NCBI GenBank assembly: GCA_964565565.1
Contig: CAZMFM010000013.1
Span: forward strand, 1-60,921
Source: an uncultured Spirochaetaceae bacterium
GTDB lineage: Bacteria > Myxococcota_A > UBA9160 > UBA4427
Length of the DNA: 60,921 nucleotides
Direction of reading: 5' to 3'
Below are positions 18,055 to 27,112 of this stretch, piece by piece. The notes under the pieces are model-generated. The model had not been told where the DNA came from. It ran no database searches and saw nothing but the letters and a program-made list of their open reading frames with translations. Both the position numbers and the translations under genes were made by a program. The number at the start of each line of letters is the position of its first letter. Position 1 is the stretch's first letter.

Positions 18055-19380
18055 GTGAGCAAGGGCTCCAAAAAGAAGAAGGCGGGCGGGAGCGCCTCGA
18101 GCCTTTCTGCCCCAAGGGGCACTCGCGACTTCTACCCGGACGAGATGCGCCGGCGGAATTGGCTCTTTGGTCTCTTTCGCCAGACGGCCGGCCAATTCGG
18201 TTTCGAGGAGGTCGACGCGCCGATGGTCGAGAACGCCGAACTCTTCACCCGGAAAGCCGGTGAGGAAATCGTCGATCAGCTCTACCACTTCGTCCTGCAC
18301 GATCATCATCTCGCCCTGCGCCCGGAGATGACGCCATCGATCGCCCGCATGATCATCGCTCGCCAGGGCGGCATGCGTTTTCCGATTCGTTGGTTCACTG
18401 TGACCCAGAATTGGCGCTACGAACGAATGCAACGCGGCCGACGTCGCGAGCACTATCAATGGAACATGGATGTCTGGGGCGAGCCCGGGGTCGAGGCGGA
18501 AGCCGAGCTGCTCGCGGCGATGATGACGCTCTTCGACGCCCTCGGTCTGGCGCGGGGCAAGGTAAAGATTCGGCTCAATAGTCGTGCCTTGCTCGAAGAG
18601 TCCTTGCGCGATGGCGTCCTGGCCGAGCGGCCGGAGGCCTTCGAGCCGCTTTGCGTCGTGATCGACAAGATCGACAAGATCGGGCCGGACGCAGTGACGG
18701 ATTTGTTATGCGAGAAGCGAGACGACGACCGTTCGATCGGCCTCTCGGCGGGCGAGGCCGCCAGCGTGCTCGAAATGCTGGGTGCACGCTCGCTCGACGA
18801 TGCACAAAAATTCGCGGCGGCCGGATCGAACGCGTTGGCCGATCTGCGACGGCTCTACGAATTGCTCGACGCGTATGGCATCGCCGATCAAGTGCCGTTC
18901 GACGCTTCGGTCGTGCGCGGACTCGCCTACTATACGGGCGTCGTCTTCGAGGCCTTTGATGCAGGCGGAACGCTTCGCGCCATTGCCGGAGGCGGACGCT
19001 ACGACCGCCTCGCGGAAACCCTGGGCGGGAAGCCGGTTCCCGCGGTGGGCTTCGGGTTCGGTGATGCCGTAATCGGCGAATTGCTCGAAGACGAAGGACT
19101 CTGGCCCCCGCTGCCCCGAACCATCGACGACGTCGTCTACGCCTTCGGGCCGGACGAGAAAGCCGCAGCCGTGCGCGTCGCCAATCGATTGCGCAAGGAG
19201 GGCCGCCAGGTCGAACTCTGCATGGGCCAGTCCAAACTCAAGCGCGTACTCGGAGACGCAGACAAAAATGGTGCACAGCGAGCCTATCTGATCGGAGAAG
19301 ACGAGCGAACGCGTGGCGTCGTCAAGGTCAAAGATCTTGCGACGCAACAAGAACACGAAGAGCCATTGGCCCAATCATGA
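18055..19380 (+). CDS. hisS: Histidine--tRNA ligase
   Basis: PRGTRDF, LRPEMT, WRYER...GRRREHYQ, RGLAYYTG, GGGRYD, anticodon-binding C-terminus; GTG start after aggaagga. Confidence 0.95.
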   Translation: MSKGSKKKKAGGSASSLSAPRGTRDFYPDEMRRRNWLFGLFRQTAGQFGFEEVDAPMVENAELFTRKAGEEIVDQLYHFVLHDHHLALRPEMTPSIARMIIARQGGMRFPIRWFTVTQNWRYERMQRGRRREHYQWNMDVWGEPGVEAEAELLAAMMTLFDALGLARGKVKIRLNSRALLEESLRDGVLAERPEAFEPLCVVIDKIDKIGPDAVTDLLCEKRDDDRSIGLSAGEAASVLEMLGARSLDDAQKFAAAGSNALADLRRLYELLDAYGIADQVPFDASVVRGLAYYTGVVFEAFDAGGTLRAIAGGGRYDRLAETLGGKPVPAVGFGFGDAVIGELLEDEGLWPPLPRTIDDVVYAFGPDEKAAAVRVANRLRKEGRQVELCMGQSKLKRVLGDADKNGAQRAYLIGEDERTRGVVKVKDLATQQEHEEPLAQS

Positions 19381-21281
19381 GCGAGTGGACGCCTAGGCAA
19401 AGCTCGGATCTCTATCGCGTTCCGAATTGGGGTGCCGGATTCTTCTCGGTCTCGAATGACGGAAATCTGCTCGTTCATCCACGCCTGGGCGGCGGTGCCG
19501 CGATCGATCTCCCCAAGCTCGCCCATGAACTCGACAGGCGGGGCCTGCGCCGCCCGATCCTGATTCGCTTCTCGGACATCCTCGCAACACGCATCGAAAC
19601 CCTCGCTTCTTCCTTCGAAGAGGCGATTCGCGAACACCAATACAAGGGTCGCTGGCGCGGCGTCTATCCGATCAAGGTCAACCAACAATCCCAGGTCGTC
19701 GAAGAAATCATCGAGTTCGGTGCACCCTTCGGCGTGGGTCTCGAAGCGGGTAGCAAGCCCGAACTCCTGATCGCTCTTGCGCTGCTCGACACGCCGGACG
19801 CGCTCCTGATCTGCAATGGCTACAAAGATCGCGCTTACGTCGAGACCGCCCTGCTCGCCCAGCGCCTCGGTCGCAATCCCGTCATCGTGATCGACCGCTA
19901 CCACGAGATCGACCTCGTCGTGAAGTCGGCGGCCGCGTTGGGTATTCGTCCCCGAATCGGTTTGCGCGCGCGGCTCTCGACGGTCGGTGCGGGCCGATGG
20001 GTTGAGTCCTCGGGCCACGACTCCAAATTCGGCCTCTCGTCGGACGAGCTGGTACGCGCCGTCGATCGACTGCGTAGCGAAGACCTGTTGGATTGCATGG
20101 AGCTTCTTCATTTCCATATCGGATCGCAGATCACGACGATTCGGGCGCACAAGGAAGCCCTGCGCGAGGCGATGCGAATCTATGTCGGCCTGCATCGCCT
20201 GGGCGCCGATGCACTTCGACTGCTCGACGTAGGCGGTGGCCTCGGCGTCGACTATGTCGGCGCGGGAACCGACGACCCCTCTTCGATGAATTACTCCGAA
20301 CAGGAATACGCGAACGACGTGATCTTCGCGGCAGAACAAATTTGCACCGAGGCGCAGGTACCAGCGCCCGACATCATCACGGAATCCGGTCGTTCGATGA
20401 CCGCCTATCACTCCATGTTGGTATTCGACGTGATCGGTGTCGACCGGGATCAGGTCCGGCACGACCCGGAGTCCGTCGCGGAATCGGACCACGCGGTCTT
20501 GCATGCTTTGCGCGAAGCCGTGGACGGAATCTCGCCGGATAATCTCTCAGAGAGCTATCACGACCTGATCCATGGTCGAGATGAAGCCGCTTCGCTTTTC
20601 TCGCTGGGATATCTCGATCTTCACGGCCGCGCCAAATCCGAGCGCCTCTTCCATTGCGGGTGTCTTCGGATCGGAGAAATTCTCGAACAACTCGGCGAAC
20701 CACTCGAAGTCTTCGAGGATTTGCGCCGGCTTCTGACCGACACCTATTTTGGAAATTTTTCGGTCTTTCAATCGGCACCGGACGCCTGGGCCATCAAGCA
20801 GGTCTTCCCCGTCATGCCGATCCACCGACTGGATGAACAGCCGGTGCGCAGCGCTCGGATCGTCGATCTGACCTGTGACTCCGACGGCCGACTCGATCGT
20901 TTCATCGGCGAAGGCGGAGAACAGCCTTCGATCCAACTCCACCCATGGAATGGCGAACCCTATCTCCTGGCCGTCTTCCTGGTCGGCGCCTATCAAGAAA
21001 TCCTCGGCGATCTGCACAATCTCTTCGGGGATACCGACGCCGTTCACGTCCGACTCGACGGAGACGGGCATTACCAGATCGAACATCTCGTCGTCGGTGA
21101 CGACGTGAAAGACGTCCTTTCCTATGTCCAATACGATCAACGCCAATTGACCGAGCGCGTTCGTAAACTGATCGAGAAATCCTTACGTGCCGGTCGCATC
21201 AGTCTCGAAGATTCAGCGCTGCTGCGCCGCCGATACGAACAGGGCCTCGCCGACTACACCTATCTACGAGACGAGGCCTAG
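19377..21281 (+). CDS. speA: Biosynthetic arginine decarboxylase
   Basis: YPIKVNQ (PLP Lys), GLEAGSKPEL, HFHIGSQ, DVGGGLGVDY, DLTCDSDG, GAYQEILGDLHNLFG; ATGA overlap with hisS. Confidence 0.95.
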   Translation: MSEWTPRQSSDLYRVPNWGAGFFSVSNDGNLLVHPRLGGGAAIDLPKLAHELDRRGLRRPILIRFSDILATRIETLASSFEEAIREHQYKGRWRGVYPIKVNQQSQVVEEIIEFGAPFGVGLEAGSKPELLIALALLDTPDALLICNGYKDRAYVETALLAQRLGRNPVIVIDRYHEIDLVVKSAAALGIRPRIGLRARLSTVGAGRWVESSGHDSKFGLSSDELVRAVDRLRSEDLLDCMELLHFHIGSQITTIRAHKEALREAMRIYVGLHRLGADALRLLDVGGGLGVDYVGAGTDDPSSMNYSEQEYANDVIFAAEQICTEAQVPAPDIITESGRSMTAYHSMLVFDVIGVDRDQVRHDPESVAESDHAVLHALREAVDGISPDNLSESYHDLIHGRDEAASLFSLGYLDLHGRAKSERLFHCGCLRIGEILEQLGEPLEVFEDLRRLLTDTYFGNFSVFQSAPDAWAIKQVFPVMPIHRLDEQPVRSARIVDLTCDSDGRLDRFIGEGGEQPSIQLHPWNGEPYLLAVFLVGAYQEILGDLHNLFGDTDAVHVRLDGDGHYQIEHLVVGDDVKDVLSYVQYDQRQLTERVRKLIEKSLRAGRISLEDSALLRRRYEQGLADYTYLRDEA

Positions 21282-21284
21282 CGC

Positions 21285-22094
21285 TTGACCAAACGAAAGA
21301 CGGACTCGTGTCGAGTCTACTCCTGGAATGTCAACGGAATTCGGGCCGCTACACGCAAGGGCCTCGCCGATTGGATTCAGCAATCGAATGCCGAGATCAT
21401 TGGCCTGCAAGAGGTGCGTGCCGCCCTCGACGTCATTCCTGAAGAAGTGCTCGCCCTCGAGGACTATCAACATCACTATGTCGCCGCCGAGCGAAAGGGC
21501 TATTCGGGCGTCGGGCTCTTGTCCAAACGCATACCGGATCGAATGGACACTTCCCTCGACGAAGAGCGCTTCGATTGCGAGGGTCGACTTCAGATCGCCC
21601 GCTTCGGTCGGCTGATCATCGCCAACGGCTATTTCCCAAACGGTTCTGGAAAAAATCGCAGTAACGATCGCGTCCCCTACAAACTCGATTGGTATCGCGC
21701 GCTCTTCGATCGCGTCCAGAAGTGGCGCCGGGCCGGCTACCGCGTACTTGTCATGGGCGACTACAACACCGCACACAAAGAGATCGACCTCGCTCGCCCG
21801 AAGGAGAACCGAAAGACCTCCGGCTTCCTACCCGAAGAACGCGAGGAACTCGACCAATGGACGGAAGCGGGTTGGGTCGACACCTTCCGCGCATTCGAAA
21901 GCGGGCCCGGACACTATTCCTGGTGGAGCCAGCGCTTTGGTGTTCGCGCCAAGAATATCGGCTGGCGCATCGACTACATCCTGGCCTCGCCGTCCGCGAT
22001 GTCATTCGTCCGCGCAGCCTTCATCGAACCGGATGTGACGGGTTCGGATCATTGTCCGATCGGCGTGGATCTAGACCCGGCGATCTTCGAATAG
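21285..22094 (+). CDS. xth: Exodeoxyribonuclease III
   Basis: SWNVNGIRA, LQE, GYSGV, YFPNG, GDYNTAH, GWRIDY, GSDHCP. Confidence 0.93.
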   Translation: MTKRKTDSCRVYSWNVNGIRAATRKGLADWIQQSNAEIIGLQEVRAALDVIPEEVLALEDYQHHYVAAERKGYSGVGLLSKRIPDRMDTSLDEERFDCEGRLQIARFGRLIIANGYFPNGSGKNRSNDRVPYKLDWYRALFDRVQKWRRAGYRVLVMGDYNTAHKEIDLARPKENRKTSGFLPEEREELDQWTEAGWVDTFRAFESGPGHYSWWSQRFGVRAKNIGWRIDYILASPSAMSFVRAAFIEPDVTGSDHCPIGVDLDPAIFE

Positions 22095-22134
22095 AATTCT
22101 TCGATTGGCGATGCTCGAAAAACCTGCGTCGCGC

Positions 22135-24741
22135 TCAGGCGTCGCCGTCGCGAATCGCGGACAAGACCTCGCGCTCATAGTCTTCAACCGAAGCGAAGCG
22201 GGCAAATTCGCCGCTCAAAATGTCGCGCGACGGCAGGCAGTTCGCGTTCGAACCTTCTTGCAGACCAGACACCCACTCGGTCAGGGCCGCCAGCGGACTC
22301 GAAGCTTGTGGCTGAAACGAGAGTGGGTCGAAGCGATCGCTGCGAAAACGAATCGACTTCATCGTGTCCTTCTCGCGATTCGTCTCGGAAAGAACACAGT
22401 CCACAACGAGCACAGGACGGCTCGCCAACCCTTCGACCGCCGCCATCGCGATCGTCTGGATTCGCGAGAACGGCAGCTTCGACTTGCCACGCGGCGAGGC
22501 GTCGATCTCGATCCATTCCTCGCTCATCGCGATCGGTACGGCCTCGAGCGCCTTGAGCGAACGAAGCGGTGAGGACTCTGAGAAGTCCGAACTGGCTCCG
22601 GTTCCGATCGCGATCTCGTCGGCTTGAGCGGCCGGCTTGCTAGGCGCTTCGAAGAGCATCGTCTGCTGATCGAATACCCCAGTCGCATCACCAGACGGGG
22701 ACGACGCGGCCGCCGGAGCTGAACCTGCCGGAATCAGTGGACTCGTCATCTCACCCGTCGCATCCAACGAATTGTCCAGGTCCGCATCCATCAAGGGCGT
22801 GAAGTCTGTATCGGACTCCCCAACAAAGGGATCTTCCAAGAAGTCTGATTCGGCCTCGGTTGACCCAAAGTCGAATTCGTCATCATGACATTCGAGATCA
22901 CCGAGCCCCGGCGAACCCACATCGCCTCGCGAACCGACCGGCCCGTCCATGACCACTGTCTGGGACAGCGCATTGCGATCATTCCAATGCGAAAGCACGT
23001 CGCTCGATCCTTCGACTGACCGCTGGTCGGCACCGGGATTCGTTTCGCCGGTCGACTTGCCCTGCACCGGTGACCGACCGGACAGGCTCTCCATCGACAA
23101 GGCACCCGCATCGAGGGATTGCGCCGCGAGTCGCGCCTCGTTCGGATCCGAATCCACCGAGGCGCCCGAGCCGGACTCGCCTGGTCGATCGAAATCAAGA
23201 TCCGCTTCGATCGGAAAGGCCGTTGTTTCGATGGCGTGATGTTCGGCCTGCACGCGACGATCCAACTGCGAACGGGATTCCACCGGTTCTGGACATGCGG
23301 CCGGTTCTGGCGCCGGAGAGGGATCGATCAAATCCGCAACGATCGGGTCGAGCTCTTTGCGGAGTTTCGCGTCGAGACTCACATCACCTAACGCGATCGA
23401 TGCCGCGCGACGAGCGAGTCCCTCATCGAGGTCTCGCGCGACTTTCACGATACGTGCCGCGTGGACCGCCGACACGCCGCGGTCGACGGCACCGTTCAAC
23501 GTAAAAAGCGCTTCCTTGGGATGTCCGGCATCGAGCAGGGCTTCGCCCAATTTGACCGCGGCCGTCGGGTCGAGTTCGAGATCCGACTCGTTTGCCGCGA
23601 GCGGGAACCAATAGTCGATGGCGCGCGCGATTTGGCCTTTTCGGAGTGCCTGATTGAGGTTGGGCAGAATCGCCACGGCAGCGGCTTCGGGTTGCCCAAC
23701 CTCTACCGCGATCGAAAAGAAGGCCTCGGCGATATCTTCACTCGCGGGGTCTTCGCGCCAAGCCGCCTGAATCAGATCAAAGGCCTGGTAGGGGTCTCCG
23801 TCGGAGCGCAATCGCGCCGTGCGGGCGACGATCGGGTTCGGCCCCTTCGTCACATTGCGCGACACCGCTGATGATTCGATATTGGCCGTTCGCAACGCGC
23901 CGGCGGCGAGGGCGCCAATACCCACAGACGCGCAGAACGTGGCCCATGGAACCGATCCCAGATCGTCGATCCAGAATCCGCGAACGACAAAGGCTTCGAC
24001 ACCGAGCCAAACGGGAAGCAGAATCCAACCTGGAATCGTGAAATGCCCCCCGAGACCACGAATGAAGTAGGCTCCCATCAATGCACCCGCGAGCCCGGCT
24101 CCCCCGCTCCATGGAATACCATCGGACGCGTCGAGATAGCGATAGCCCTGCGCGGTGAGCGGGATCACTGCCAAGGTAAAGGCCGCGAAGATGAGCGAGC
24201 CCCAGGTCATTTCAAGTGCGATCCCAGCCAGCAATACGACTGCGAGGCACAAAGCGACAGCCGCCTTGTTTTGCGGAACGAAAGCATGGACAAAATAATT
24301 CGGCGCGGGTGTTCGCGCGTCGAGGACACCGTATTGCCAGGCGGGATCACTCTTCTTTCGATGCGCGTAGGCGTTGGCGAGAAACATGTCGAGCCGTGCC
24401 TGCGAGCGAGCCAGCATGCGCGTGGGCAAGTCGATTCGATTTCCGGAGTTGGCCTCGGCGGCGGCCGCCGACCCGCGCATTTCGGCGAGCCATTCGGAGC
24501 CGAGAATCAAAGCGCCGACCGCGTCGACCTCGAGTTTGGGGTTGCGAACGAGGAACGATCGCGCCTCTTCTCGCGACGACTCATAGCGCTTGCCCGACAG
24601 GCGTTCGGATTGTCGCATTTCGCTCGTCAAGATGAATGGCACCGCTACGATCGCAGCGGCAACGAGCAAACTCACGATCGGCAATTTTCGCGGCCAACCC
24701 AATTCTTCCATCCCCCAAAACCCGAGCAAGCCTCGGGCCAC
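22135..24741 (-). CDS. Large membrane protein: degenerate rhomboid-like TM domain, TPR-like helical region, acidic linker, C-terminal domain
   Basis: TM block resembles the rhomboid core (LLAGIALEMTWG, SGGAGLAGALMGAY); helical repeats (AVKLGEALLDAGHPKEALFTL); Asp/Glu/Ser-rich linker; alternative start ATG 24711. Confidence 0.7.
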   Translation of the reverse strand: MARGLLGFWGMEELGWPRKLPIVSLLVAAAIVAVPFILTSEMRQSERLSGKRYESSREEARSFLVRNPKLEVDAVGALILGSEWLAEMRGSAAAAEANSGNRIDLPTRMLARSQARLDMFLANAYAHRKKSDPAWQYGVLDARTPAPNYFVHAFVPQNKAAVALCLAVVLLAGIALEMTWGSLIFAAFTLAVIPLTAQGYRYLDASDGIPWSGGAGLAGALMGAYFIRGLGGHFTIPGWILLPVWLGVEAFVVRGFWIDDLGSVPWATFCASVGIGALAAGALRTANIESSAVSRNVTKGPNPIVARTARLRSDGDPYQAFDLIQAAWREDPASEDIAEAFFSIAVEVGQPEAAAVAILPNLNQALRKGQIARAIDYWFPLAANESDLELDPTAAVKLGEALLDAGHPKEALFTLNGAVDRGVSAVHAARIVKVARDLDEGLARRAASIALGDVSLDAKLRKELDPIVADLIDPSPAPEPAACPEPVESRSQLDRRVQAEHHAIETTAFPIEADLDFDRPGESGSGASVDSDPNEARLAAQSLDAGALSMESLSGRSPVQGKSTGETNPGADQRSVEGSSDVLSHWNDRNALSQTVVMDGPVGSRGDVGSPGLGDLECHDDEFDFGSTEAESDFLEDPFVGESDTDFTPLMDADLDNSLDATGEMTSPLIPAGSAPAAASSPSGDATGVFDQQTMLFEAPSKPAAQADEIAIGTGASSDFSESSPLRSLKALEAVPIAMSEEWIEIDASPRGKSKLPFSRIQTIAMAAVEGLASRPVLVVDCVLSETNREKDTMKSIRFRSDRFDPLSFQPQASSPLAALTEWVSGLQEGSNANCLPSRDILSGEFARFASVEDYEREVLSAIRDGDA

Positions 24742-24864
24742 AGGCCGAAAGGCATTCGTTCTTTGTCTAAACGGATCATTGGCAGCCTCGCCTTAGGGCG
24801 AATCCGGGTGACGCCCCTCACACCAAAGAAAGCCCGCCTCCCTTCGGGGAAGATGCGGCGTGCA

Positions 24865-27105
24865 ATGTGCAAATTCCCGATCGGACCGACTCGGATGACT
24901 CTGTTGGGAGCGCTCTGCGCCGTCCTGCTCGCAGCTTGCGGCGAGGACGCGAGCGAAATGCCGGGATCATCCGCTTCCCCAGAACCCGGCACGACCCCGC
25001 CCTCGTCGGCGGATTCCCGCGCACCCGTCCTCCCCGATCTGCCCTGGTTCAAGCTCCCCGACGACTGGAATGAACAACATCCGATTCTCTCACCGAACGC
25101 CAAGATCGAAGCCCATTTCGCGAGCCTCGCCGAACGCGAAGTGGTCGCGAATCCGGCGGATGGAGCGGGCCGCGCCTGGCTCGAGGCCGTGCAGGCCATC
25201 GATTCCGAAGCAGGCACGATGACAGGCACGATGGCAGGCACGATGACAGGCGCCATGACAGGCACCACGAATTGGCGCCGCCCGGCCGGCGAAGACGGAG
25301 CCGGCGCGCTGCCGCCGACCGTCCCCGCTTCATCGGCCCAGCGGATCGAGATCGTCTTCGAGGTCGGTCCACAGGGAATCGACGAAGGCGGCTTGCTCTT
25401 CGTCATGCCCGAACCTTTTTGGTCCTGGAGTCCGGCGCAGGTCGAGGACCCGAACGCATTGGGATTCACGACCGCCACTTCGCGCTCGCCCGGAGTCGAC
25501 CTCGTTGCCTTGACCACCGGCGCGACCTTTCGCATCGAGGGTCGTGCCCTCGCACCGAATGAAATGATCGACATCGTGGTCGGCGCAGGACCGCGGGGAA
25601 CGATCGTCGACGAATTCGCCGAACGCGGCTCCGAGATCTTGATCGCGGTCGATGCGGATGGCGACGGCATCCGGGCCTGGATCGAGGACTCTGCACGAAT
25701 CGACATCGCCGCACGCAGCGGCGTTGGAATCGTCGCATTCGGTCCGGCACAGGTCGCACCCGGCGACACGGTCGAAGTCCATGTCTCGATCTACGACGCA
25801 CGGGGAAATCTCGCTCGCTGGCCGCGAGCGAATCGTGAAGACTCCGAGGCCGCAAGCCTTTCGTTCACCCTCGAATCGATTGGTGGACCGTCCCTCGAGG
25901 TATTAGGCCTGAACGACTCGATCGACGAAGCAGCCGTCGCCGACGGGCCCTACCAATTTCGCTTCGATGCGCCGACAGAAGAAGGCACGATTCGGCTCTC
26001 GCTCCGAGGGCGCGGGGCGCTCGAGGGCTTCGACGTCGACGTCAATCCAATCGTCGTGCGTCGATCGGCCAAGCGGCTGATCTGGGCTGATCTGCACGGT
26101 CATTCGCAGCTCTCTGACGGCACGGGAACGCCAAGGGACTATTTCAGCTACGCACGCGATGTCGCGCGTCTCGACGCCATCGCACTCACGGATCACGACC
26201 ATTGGGGAATCCGCCCGCTCGACGAGTCGCCTAAGCGCGCGGCTCGGATTCTTCGCACGGCGCTGGAATTCCACAAGCCCGGGCGCTTCGTCACGATTCC
26301 CGGTTACGAATGGACCAGCTGGCTACACGGACACCGTCACGTCCTCTACTTCGACGAAGAAGCCCCAATCCATTCTTCGATCGATTTCGCGACCGACCGA
26401 CCGGATGAACTCTGGGAAGCGCTGCGCGGCCAAAGGGTTCTGACCTTCGCGCATCATTCAGCCGGAGAGCCGGTTGCAACGAATTGGTCCTTTCGCCCGG
26501 ACCCCGTGCTCGAACCCCTCACGGAGATCTCCTCCATTCACGGCATGAGCGAAGCCGCCGACGCACCGCTGCCGGTCTACGGTGCGATTCCCGGAAATTT
26601 CGTTCGCGACGTACTCCTGCGCGGAGCGCGACTCGGTTTCATCGGCAGTGGCGATTCCCACGACGGCCACCCCGGCCTCGCGCAGCTCGCCGCCGCAGGA
26701 CAATCGGGTCTGGCCGGAATCTTTACCGAGACCCTCGATCGCTCGGGTCTGCTCGAGGCCATGCGAGCGCGAAGGACCTTCGCGACCAATGGAATTCGAC
26801 CCTGGTTATCCGTTTCAATCGACGAAACCTTCATGGGCGGGTCGCTCCCGGCCTCGACCGACCCGGAAATCAGCCACCGGCTCCAGATTCGCTACGAAGG
26901 GACCGCACCCGTCGAGCGAGTCGATCTCATCCGCGGTGACCGGATCGCCCATCTCGAGGCAGCCACCGTCGTCCGCGACGAGAACGATCGATCGATCGAC
27001 TTCGAGCGCGAGATCCCGCGCCTGGTACCCGGCGAGTTCCATTATGTTCGAATAATCGAGCAAGGCGGCGGCGTAGCCTGGTCCAGCCCGATCTTCGCTG
27101 ACTAA
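24865..27105 (+). CDS. Lipoprotein with PHP-type metallohydrolase domain (DUF3604/CehA-McbA-like)
   Basis: Lipobox LAAC; WADLHGHSQLSDG, ALTDHDH, GYEWT, HGHRHV, FAHH, GFIGSGDSHDGHPG, AWSSPIF. The ORF-track extension back to 24043 is antisense to the neighbouring gene. Candidate starts 24853/24865/24895. Confidence 0.8.
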   Translation: MCKFPIGPTRMTLLGALCAVLLAACGEDASEMPGSSASPEPGTTPPSSADSRAPVLPDLPWFKLPDDWNEQHPILSPNAKIEAHFASLAEREVVANPADGAGRAWLEAVQAIDSEAGTMTGTMAGTMTGAMTGTTNWRRPAGEDGAGALPPTVPASSAQRIEIVFEVGPQGIDEGGLLFVMPEPFWSWSPAQVEDPNALGFTTATSRSPGVDLVALTTGATFRIEGRALAPNEMIDIVVGAGPRGTIVDEFAERGSEILIAVDADGDGIRAWIEDSARIDIAARSGVGIVAFGPAQVAPGDTVEVHVSIYDARGNLARWPRANREDSEAASLSFTLESIGGPSLEVLGLNDSIDEAAVADGPYQFRFDAPTEEGTIRLSLRGRGALEGFDVDVNPIVVRRSAKRLIWADLHGHSQLSDGTGTPRDYFSYARDVARLDAIALTDHDHWGIRPLDESPKRAARILRTALEFHKPGRFVTIPGYEWTSWLHGHRHVLYFDEEAPIHSSIDFATDRPDELWEALRGQRVLTFAHHSAGEPVATNWSFRPDPVLEPLTEISSIHGMSEAADAPLPVYGAIPGNFVRDVLLRGARLGFIGSGDSHDGHPGLAQLAAAGQSGLAGIFTETLDRSGLLEAMRARRTFATNGIRPWLSVSIDETFMGGSLPASTDPEISHRLQIRYEGTAPVERVDLIRGDRIAHLEAATVVRDENDRSIDFEREIPRLVPGEFHYVRIIEQGGGVAWSSPIFAD
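25210..25269 (+). repeat. In-frame 12-nt tandem repeat x5 (AGTM-TGTM-AGTM-TGAM-TGTT)
   Basis: gcaggcacgatg acaggcacgatg gcaggcacgatg acaggcgccatg acaggcaccacg. Confidence 0.85.
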
Positions 27106-27112
27106 CAGATGA

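Noticed and set aside
24043-24852. N-terminal 270 aa of the 1020-aa ORF-track call
   Set aside because: Mostly antisense to the rhomboid-like gene; the lipoprotein signal begins near 24865-24895.
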